Made by a program: the position numbers and the translations under genes. DNA of 29,714 nt from a virus (taxonomy: Duplodnaviria > Caudoviricetes): IMG/VR virus record IMGVR_UViG_3300037704_000115, positions 1-29,714 of that record, one strand, 5' to 3'. Positions within the stretch are counted from its first letter, which is position 1; every line of letters begins with the position of its first letter. This document shows positions 23,727 to 29,714 of the stretch, one piece after another. The notes under the pieces were generated by a model. The model made no database searches. It was not told the DNA's origin and worked only from the letters and a program-made list of their open reading frames with translations.

Positions 23727-25257
23727 AAAAATCAACCGTCCCGCTCCGCATCTTCTGCGGCTGCCCCACGTTATAACCGGCGTCTACCATGAGCATCTCG
23801 GACACCAATAGGTCGTCGTGGCCTTCGTTGCTCGGCACATACGCGCGCACGCGCTGCTGCGGCCTACCCTCCAGCTTGGCGTGCCCACGCTGCCACCAGG
23901 CGTGGCGGTCCACATCATCGGCGTTGGGCACTTCGGCCCCGGCCACCTGGAGCGCATCGAAGCTCGGCTTGTAGTCACGCAGCCGCCCGCCGTAGATCGT
24001 CGCCAGATATTGGAACGCGAGATTGGTCTGCGTCGCCCACGCGCTGTCGAAGGTGACGGCCTGTATGCGGTCACGGCCCGGCTTGTTGATGGCCGCGGCC
24101 AGAAACGCCGTGCTCGTAGCGCCGATGCCCGTGGCGTCGCAATGCACGCGGTCCACGCGCCAACGCTGCTGCAAAATTTCGTAGAGCGTGCTGTGCAGCG
24201 TGACCGGGTTGACATTGACCCACTCGTAACGAGCCAAGAGCCGCAGCCGCGGCACGAGCAACTTGCCGCCGGCGTCGCCGTCGCCGCCAACGAGCAATGC
24301 CTGCCAATCCACCGCGCCGATGCTCAGCGCCACGCTGTCGCGGCTACTAGGGCTGCCCAGGGAGACCAGCGTCGCGGTTTCGTCCGCGCCGGCGAAGTCG
24401 ATCCCGGCGACGATCTGCGTCTCGCTGCCGCGCTGCGTCTGCCGCGCGTGGTCGCCGATCATCAGTTCGAGGTGTTCCGGCTTGAGCATCCGCCCCGCCG
24501 TCGGCAGCGCCTCCAGGAAGTACTGCGTCTTGATGAACGGATGGTCACGGCTGCCCAGACGGGCAATCTCCGACTCCACAAAATCCCAGTAGCGCGGGTT
24601 GGACTCGCCTACCACCTCCGGCGTCACGCGAAAGACGCGGCCCGGCGTGCGGCCTTCCAGCACCGCGCGCTTGAACTCTTCCAACAGTGTATCGTCGGTC
24701 CAGGTCGTGCCGTAGGCGATAAGCGGCGCGCCCGTGGATGCGCGCATGGGCGAGAAATCTTTGTTGAACTTGTCGCGGTTCACGTCCTGCGCCTCGTCCA
24801 CTTCCATCAGGAGCGACGCGGTGTCGCCCATGACCGACGCCTGTGGATCCGCGCTCAGGAACGAGATCCCGGCCTGCCCGCAGCGATACTTGTAGCCCTG
24901 GCTCGGCTTGAACGCCAGGAAGGGCAACCGCCGCTGGGCCGCGGCCGCGCGCGCCTCGAAGCGTTCCTTCGAGTTGACGATTTGAGGTTTCCAAACAGGA
25001 GCCGTTTTCACGATATTTCCGCCGCGCCGCCCGTGGCGCGCCAGCAAGGCCACCTCCACCTGCGCCGATGTTTCGTTCTTACCGGACTGCCTAGGCATCT
25101 CCACCACAATCGTTTCCGTGCGTCGCTCGGCGACCACCGCCGCTACATAGTTCGCCCATTCCACCTGGTAGGGGTATAGCGGCAGGCCGATCACGTCGCG
25201 GCTAAACAGGTGCATGTCGGACTGGTAGCTGCGGAAGGCGGCCACGCGGCTAGTCAT
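23716..25257 (-). CDS. terL: Terminase large subunit
   Basis: LYPYQ, Walker A PRQSGKNE, Walker B LMEVDEAQD; nuclease motifs GIDFA, DATGIG, HDD. Confidence 0.95.
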   Translation of the reverse strand: MTSRVAAFRSYQSDMHLFSRDVIGLPLYPYQVEWANYVAAVVAERRTETIVVEMPRQSGKNETSAQVEVALLARHGRRGGNIVKTAPVWKPQIVNSKERFEARAAAAQRRLPFLAFKPSQGYKYRCGQAGISFLSADPQASVMGDTASLLMEVDEAQDVNRDKFNKDFSPMRASTGAPLIAYGTTWTDDTLLEEFKRAVLEGRTPGRVFRVTPEVVGESNPRYWDFVESEIARLGSRDHPFIKTQYFLEALPTAGRMLKPEHLELMIGDHARQTQRGSETQIVAGIDFAGADETATLVSLGSPSSRDSVALSIGAVDWQALLVGGDGDAGGKLLVPRLRLLARYEWVNVNPVTLHSTLYEILQQRWRVDRVHCDATGIGATSTAFLAAAINKPGRDRIQAVTFDSAWATQTNLAFQYLATIYGGRLRDYKPSFDALQVAGAEVPNADDVDRHAWWQRGHAKLEGRPQQRVRAYVPSNEGHDDLLVSEMLMVDAGYNVGQPQKMRSGTVDFYGN

Positions 25258-25453
25258 CAGTCGGTCACGGCCTCATAGGTCGCACGAAATACTTCGTCTT
25301 TGCAGGGATAGAATTCACTGGCGACACCTGAATTGCCGTCAGCATCGAAATCCGCGTAATGATTGAAGTGATATTGTTGAACACCTGGTTTTTTGTTTCC
25401 TCGGTGAACTGCCATGCTTCTATCACTATCGGCTTCTTGCGAAACTTAGCCAT
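25257..25453 (-). pseudogene. Frameshifted, apparently internally deleted phage gene of the 'RKKPVVIEA...GEFYPCK' family
   Basis: Frame 0 gives MAKFRKKPIVIEAWQF; the conserved C-terminus EFYPCKDEVFRATYE lies in the -1 frame, whose TGA overlaps the terL ATG. Confidence 0.8.
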
Positions 25454-25991
25454 CCTCACCCCCCGCCGCGGCCCACCAATCCGCCTCCTCGCGCGCGCTG
25501 GTGTCCGTGGTGTCGCCGCTGCCCTTGAAGGCCAGGTCGATCACCCGTCCCGCCGCGTCGTTGCGCGCCTTATCGTCCATAGACTCGCGCATCACATCCA
25601 CCCACGTATCGACCGCGGCTTCGGCGCGTTCCTCGGCCCGGCGCTTGGCCCGTTGCAGCCAATGCAGGCGTTCGCGCTCCTGGCTGCCCAGCGCCAGCTT
25701 GACGGCCTCCGCCAGCGCCGCCTGGAAGTCGGGGTCGTGGCCCCAGCCGGGTTTGTGCCCCCGCGCATATTCGCCGGTCTCCGGGTCCAGCCGCCCGCGA
25801 CGGTAGTAATTGGCTTCCGGGCAAATGCGATCCTCGCCGCGGAATAGTTCGGCCCAGGGTCGGTTGTCGATGAAGATATGCTGCACAATGCGGTCGATGG
25901 CCGCGCGCTGTCGAGTCGATAGTTTGGCAAGCAGTTGTGCCAGTTCATAGGTAGCATATCCCGCCATGCGGTCGGGCAGTCGATCAAACAC
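25446..25991 (-). CDS. terS: Probable terminase small subunit
   Basis: 181 aa, helical, upstream of terL; WGHDPDFQAAL and ARNDAAGRVID patterns. Assignment is mainly by position. Confidence 0.65.
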   Translation of the reverse strand: MFDRLPDRMAGYATYELAQLLAKLSTRQRAAIDRIVQHIFIDNRPWAELFRGEDRICPEANYYRRGRLDPETGEYARGHKPGWGHDPDFQAALAEAVKLALGSQERERLHWLQRAKRRAEERAEAAVDTWVDVMRESMDDKARNDAAGRVIDLAFKGSGDTTDTSAREEADWWAAAGGEDG

Positions 25992-26018
25992 CTGTCATTA
26001 ACCTGTCAAAAGCTTGTC
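25990..26018. repeat. Helically phased boxes at the terS start: ACCTGTCA x2 plus GCTTGTC
   Basis: 25990-25997, 26001-26008 and 26012-26018: 11-bp period. Confidence 0.5.
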
Positions 26019-26087
26019 TGCATCGGCGCAGGCGGCGCAAGCCGCCCCGGTTCGACGGCGGCGCCCATGGATTGGTTATGCGAATTG

Positions 26088-26327
26088 TCATATCCTTCCA
26101 ATGATGATGAGCACCAATAGGATCAGCGCGCCGATTATCATCAGCACCACCACGCTATAGAGCATCCGCTGCGTCCAAATTTTGTAGCTCTCGAATTCCG
26201 CCTGCAACTCCCCCAAATTCACGGCGAAATTTTTCTGCGCGCTCTCCACTCCCGCTATCCGGTTATTGATCTCCATGAGCAGCCGGTAAATCCCCTCATT
26301 TTGAGACACCAATTTGACGTCACTCAT
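26088..26327 (-). CDS. Small coiled-coil protein with a C-terminal TM helix (79 aa; holin/XhlA-like architecture)
   Basis: Heptad-like N-terminus, then MLYSVVVLMIIGALILLVLIII; ATGA-coupled to the CHAT gene. Confidence 0.78.
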   Translation of the reverse strand: MSDVKLVSQNEGIYRLLMEINNRIAGVESAQKNFAVNLGELQAEFESYKIWTQRMLYSVVVLMIIGALILLVLIIIGRI

Positions 26328-26926
26328 AATATCGGTGTCTCGCGGATAATCGGATGCGTCGCTAAAAAATCCGGCACGGAGGCCAGATACATGTAACTAT
26401 CGTTGTTGCCGGGTCGCGCCATCGCATAAGCCCACTCCGGATCATTAGACTGCGCTAGGTAACGTGTGAACCGCCCGCCAAACGCGGCAGCTTCGGCGTC
26501 GTCGACGGCCAGCGTCGTGCAGATGATGCCCGCGCGCATCACGTTTTGCAGGTTGCGTGCGGCCTTGTCTGAGTTACAGGTGTTGAGGAGTACGAGATCG
26601 AATTTATCACGTGTAGCGGCGGGGAGATCGGCTAGGTCGAATAGGCCGTCATCACGAAGCTCCGCTATCGGCTCAACCGAAATGTGACGACTGAGCAAGA
26701 TGCCGCGCTCAAACCCGTGGCTGATGATGACCAGCACATTCGCCGTCGTCGTCTCCAGGCGGGCGCTCACCTCGGCAGGTGTCAATGCGCCTTGAATGAG
26801 GTCCACCACCAGTCCGGTCGTGATGATGGCGGATACCTCAGCATTGGCGGCGACCAGGCCGACCTCCGGCTTGAGGATTGCAATGCGCCAACGGTTGTCA
26901 GGTTGGAGCGAGGGTAAGGTGGGCAT
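26324..26926 (-). CDS. Stand-alone CHAT-domain (caspase-like, clan CD) cysteine protease, 200 aa
   Basis: LVAANAEVSAI; VLVIISHG (His70); LVLLNTCNS (Cys117); VDDAEAAAFGGRFTRYL. Confidence 0.85.
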   Translation of the reverse strand: MPTLPSLQPDNRWRIAILKPEVGLVAANAEVSAIITTGLVVDLIQGALTPAEVSARLETTTANVLVIISHGFERGILLSRHISVEPIAELRDDGLFDLADLPAATRDKFDLVLLNTCNSDKAARNLQNVMRAGIICTTLAVDDAEAAAFGGRFTRYLAQSNDPEWAYAMARPGNNDSYMYLASVPDFLATHPIIRETPIL

Positions 26927-26932
26927 TGGTCT

Positions 26933-26984
26933 TGCTCATTCGCGTGATATTCAATCGGCGAATACTTTCGGAATGAGCATAGCA
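26933..26984 (-). promoter_or_regulatory. Candidate late promoter: extended -10 (TGcTATGCT) overlapping a nested inverted repeat
   Basis: -10 at 26976-26981 with TG at 26983-84; TGCTCATTC/GAATGAGCA (26933-41/26971-79) with inner TATTC/GAATA. Confidence 0.45.
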
Positions 26985-27002
26985 CGAACGGGCGGGATGG
27001 GG

Positions 27003-27386
27003 CTAATCCGGGCTGTCCGGCGTGGTGCGGCGGCAAAACGCGTAGCCATCCGGCATGATAGCATCCGCCCGATATTCGCCCGACGCAGAACCAATCAGTA
27101 GTGTTGCTCCTGCTATCTCGATTCTGCAATCCAGCCCAGCCGGGCAGGGCACAATACCCTCCTCCACCGGCATCCATTCTCCGAGTTGAGTGCATAGGGT
27201 AGCATTGGCATCCTTGATGATCTGGCATTCAGCATTAGCGTCATCCAGATCATCCTGTGCCAATGACAGTGCGGCTCGCAGGGCGGCGATCTCATTTTCC
27301 AATCCTTCGATATAGGCACGCAGTTCCTGCCACTGATTCTGCGCCATGTCTATCAGTTCATTACCGGAAATGTCTCTAATACTCAT
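27003..27386 (-). CDS. Hypothetical protein: coiled coil plus a small C-terminal domain (127 aa)
   Basis: AAGGAGG RBS; TGATG overlap with the upstream gene. Confidence 0.8.
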   Translation of the reverse strand: MSIRDISGNELIDMAQNQWQELRAYIEGLENEIAALRAALSLAQDDLDDANAECQIIKDANATLCTQLGEWMPVEEGIVPCPAGLDCRIEIAGATLLIGSASGEYRADAIMPDGYAFCRRTTPDSPD

Positions 27387-28084
27387 CAGACCTCCTTTGC
27401 CGGGCTGTCCGGCGTGCGTGTGACGGTGACGGCCCACACCCATTCCGGTATAATATACGCCCCCCCAGGTTGCTCACGGTAGGCGTAGCGGGCGGCCCAT
27501 TCCATTTCAAGTTTCTCTTTGGGCCGTTCGCCCAGGGCGCTTGGTCGCCGCTCCTGACGTGGTACATCTACCCATCCCGCCGCTATGCAATCTGCGTAGG
27601 TCACATCCCGCATACGCCGCACCCGCACGTCGCGCACGATGACATCGCAGCGGCTCGCCCATCGGGGCATCGTGGCTGGGCTGCGCCAGTCTGCCGGTGC
27701 ATTACGCATTGCGTACATCCTAATCTTGGCATAGTCGGGATGCTCCTCCCGCAGATCAAATGATGGCCCAACTCCTTCCGGGAAAATCACGCTGACGTAC
27801 TCTTGCCAATCCCAAAGCCCCAAGGACAAACCGCCGATTGCGATGGCGAAGCGCTCCCGCACCCAATGTTTCGTGCCGGGCGCATAGGGCGGGCGCAAGA
27901 CGTGCTCCGGATCACCGTCGAGATACCATTGCGGTTGTCCGAGTAGATCGCCAACAATGTAATCCTCTGGCTGCGGCTTGACGGGCCGCACCATCAGCAC
28001 GCTGCCGTGTGAGAGCAGGCGGCGTATTTCATGTGCGTGTAGAGTGAGGGCGGTCATCATTCCTCCTCTGCCGGATTGTCCGGC
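27008..28084. repeat. Gene-end repeat at three consecutive gene 3' ends
   Basis: CCGGGCTGTCCGGCGTG identical at 27008-24 and 27400-16; 27391-27413 matches 28062-28084 at 20/23 nt. Confidence 0.8.
27386..28060 (-). CDS. Conserved phage protein, ASCH/PUA-like family
   Basis: RPVKPQP...PYAPGTKHWVRE...WRSPATMPRWASR...VRVRRMRDVT...WVWAV. Confidence 0.8.
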   Translation of the reverse strand: MMTALTLHAHEIRRLLSHGSVLMVRPVKPQPEDYIVGDLLGQPQWYLDGDPEHVLRPPYAPGTKHWVRERFAIAIGGLSLGLWDWQEYVSVIFPEGVGPSFDLREEHPDYAKIRMYAMRNAPADWRSPATMPRWASRCDVIVRDVRVRRMRDVTYADCIAAGWVDVPRQERRPSALGERPKEKLEMEWAARYAYREQPGGAYIIPEWVWAVTVTRTPDSPAKEV

Positions 28085-28575
28085 TCAAGTTTCCAACCAC
28101 GCACTTGCGCCATTGTTTCGCAACGCTGCACCAGGCTGAGACAATCAGCGTGCAACACAGGATCATCCAAGTGACGCGCCTCCCAGTGTTCGCGCGCCGC
28201 CGCGATGCCCGTAAATTGGCGGCAACCGGCTCGGATCGTGACATAGCCATCCTCATCGGTCGCCCAGAACAAATATCCACGAATATCCTGGCCGATCAGG
28301 ATGAGATTACACCTACTGAGATTGCACCCGCTGAGATTGCTATAGCGGAGATTGCTATAGCTGAGATTGCTTCCGCTGAGATCGCACCCGCTGAGATCGC
28401 ACCCGCGGAGATCGCTATAGCTGAGATTGCTATAGCGGAGATTGCTATAGCTGAGATTGCTATAGCTGAGATTGCTATAGCTGAGATCGGCTTTCTTGCC
28501 ATCGATATGGCCGTCGAGATACAGTTGGTGCAGGCGCAAAATCTCGGCAAGCTCGTCTACGGTATAGGTTTTCAT
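28057..28575 (-). CDS. Pentapeptide repeat protein
   Basis: About 12 [S/C/A][N/D]L[S/R][Y/G] repeats (15-nt DNA units); N-terminus ELAEILRLHQLYL; C-terminus VTIRAGCRQF. Confidence 0.93.
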   Translation of the reverse strand: MKTYTVDELAEILRLHQLYLDGHIDGKKADLSYSNLSYSNLSYSNLRYSNLSYSDLRGCDLSGCDLSGSNLSYSNLRYSNLSGCNLSRCNLILIGQDIRGYLFWATDEDGYVTIRAGCRQFTGIAAAREHWEARHLDDPVLHADCLSLVQRCETMAQVRGWKLEPDNPAEEE

Positions 28576-28623
28576 GTGATTTTTCTCCTCTGTGCCGCGT
28601 CACGGGGCGCGGCCCGGCGGTGG

Positions 28624-28869
28624 TCATGGCTTGCGCTCGCAGAGACACCAATGACCAGGCAATCTGATGGTGTTGCGACGCCAGGTTCCATTGCCGTCAC
28701 AATGACTAATGGCTAGATACTCGCCCTCCACGTGCAGCATGGTCAGACCGTCAGGATGATGATAGTCAGCCTCCGCCACCGGCTGCCACGACTGCAATAT
28801 CTCCAATATCTGGTCGAACTGTTGGGGTAGCATACATAAAGCCTTTGCATAACCCGCTAAGTCAATCAT
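28624..28869 (-). CDS. Hypothetical protein (81 aa, MIDLAGYAKAL...)
   Basis: GGAGAAGGA upstream of ATG 28869. Confidence 0.7.
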   Translation of the reverse strand: MIDLAGYAKALCMLPQQFDQILEILQSWQPVAEADYHHPDGLTMLHVEGEYLAISHCDGNGTWRRNTIRLPGHWCLCERKP

Positions 28870-28891
28870 CGCTCGTTCCTTCTCCCAGGGG

Positions 28892-28917
28892 AAAAGGGCC
28901 GCCCCGTAGGACGGCCC
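28892..28917 (-). terminator. Intrinsic terminator after the RecT-like gene
   Basis: GGGCCGTCC-TACG-GGGCGGCCC-TTTT on the - strand (cUACGg tetraloop). Confidence 0.75.
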
Positions 28918-28931
28918 CGATTGCGTGCAGC

Positions 28932-29714
28932 TCAGGCGGCGACGGCGACACCGTTGGCGTGCGTCTCTGCGGGCTGCGTCGTGTGCGCTGCGGCTTTCGC
29001 TAACTGGTGACGCACGTACTCGCGCAGGATGGCCGGCCCGGTCTGCGGGCTGAGACCGCTGTGCGCGTCGCGGATCTTGGCCCAACTATTTTTCGCCTCG
29101 AACTCGTTGACGCAGCCGCCGCAACTGACGCCCCACGCGTAGATCACCTTGAACGGCTGGCCCGTCAACTCGGAGACGGCCACGTCTTCCGGCGATGGCG
29201 CATCGTCCATGCCGTCGTCCGGCTCCGGTTCCGGCATCTTGTTGCGCCGATGGGTGGCATTGGCGTCAGATGGCTCAAACAGAATATCGCCATCCTCCTC
29301 GACCACATAGTGCCGAGCCGCGGGCAGCGCCTGATCCATTTCGGCGTCGTGGATGCGTTGGCTGAGAATCTCCAACCCTACGCTCTCTTCGGATGGGGTG
29401 GCGGCCAACAAACTGTCCAGGCTGAACTCAATTTTCAGCGCCATCTTTATGGCCCGGCGTTGGGCTACGTCCTCTTTGGCCCGCTGTGCCGGGATTGTGT
29501 CCGGCTTCCAGCTATTTGTGAGCTTGTCGAGCTTCGCCTTCTTGGCCCACACGCCGTAGCCTTTGGTCATGGCCTCCTCGGCTCCGAAAATCTGGTAGAC
29601 CTGCGCCTTGTCGCTGCGCCAGAGGTAGACAATCGCACCGGCATCCTCCGGGTCATAGAGGTCGCCGCGCCGCTGCCGTAGCTCGTCCTTCGGCATGGCG
29701 ACCGCGTGGAGGTG
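28932..29714 (-). CDS. 5'-truncated recombination protein, RecT-like single-strand annealing protein (tentative)
   Basis: Frame open to the window end; DVAQRRAIKMALKIEFSL resembles the RecT/Bet core end, followed by an acidic linker. Confidence 0.5.
   Translation of the reverse strand, partial: HLHAVAMPKDELRQRRGDLYDPEDAGAIVYLWRSDKAQVYQIFGAEEAMTKGYGVWAKKAKLDKLTNSWKPDTIPAQRAKEDVAQRRAIKMALKIEFSLDSLLAATPSEESVGLEILSQRIHDAEMDQALPAARHYVVEEDGDILFEPSDANATHRRNKMPEPEPDDGMDDAPSPEDVAVSELTGQPFKVIYAWGVSCGGCVNEFEAKNSWAKIRDAHSGLSPQTGPAILREYVRHQLAKAAAHTTQPAETHANGVAVAA

Larger units (their letters stand above)
1..29714. mobile_element. Tailed phage/prophage genome segment (siphovirus-like), incomplete at both window edges
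   Basis: Canonical terS-terL-portal-head-neck-tail-TMP-Dit-tail tip order on the - strand; replication module on the + strand; no host housekeeping genes; no tail sheath. Confidence 0.97.

Noticed and set aside
19148-25179. Long + strand ORFs (19148..20536, 22362..23288, 23818..25179)
   Set aside because: Antisense shadows of the capsid, portal and terL genes, expected in high-GC DNA.
28105-28716. AEIAI/SAIAI repeat ORFs
   Set aside because: Alternative-frame and antisense readings of the pentapeptide repeat gene.

Overview
This GC-rich window is most of a tailed dsDNA phage or prophage genome of siphovirus type (non-contractile tail), in two blocks that converge at about 5.5 kb. The + strand block (1-5473) holds small accessory ORFs and a ~540-nt structured non-coding region with a tRNA-like element whose anticodon loop is enlarged. 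It continues with a phage metallopeptidase, an HNH nuclease, an HTH replication initiator with internal iterons, a helicase loader/inhibitor and an ECF-type sigma factor. The - strand block (29714 to 5571) starts with a truncated RecT-like gene and accessory genes. These are followed by a CHAT (caspase-like) protease with a small membrane protein, and then a complete morphogenesis operon: terS, terL, portal, minor head, scaffold, capsid, adaptors, two tail-tube paralogues, a frameshifting tail chaperone, a short tape measure, Dit and a large tail tip/fibre protein. I found no recognisable endolysin, integrase, repressor, CRISPR array or reverse transcriptase. The host cannot be determined from sequence; some proteins look Chloroflexota-like to me, which is an unverified impression. 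The most interesting features are the caspase-like protease/membrane-protein pair heading a late operon with no visible lysin, a signal-peptide protein directly after the capsid gene, the duplicated tail tube with a repeat extension, the switch-like tRNA-mimic RNA cluster and the short repeats at gene boundaries. All family assignments come from motif recognition and gene order by eye, not from database searches.
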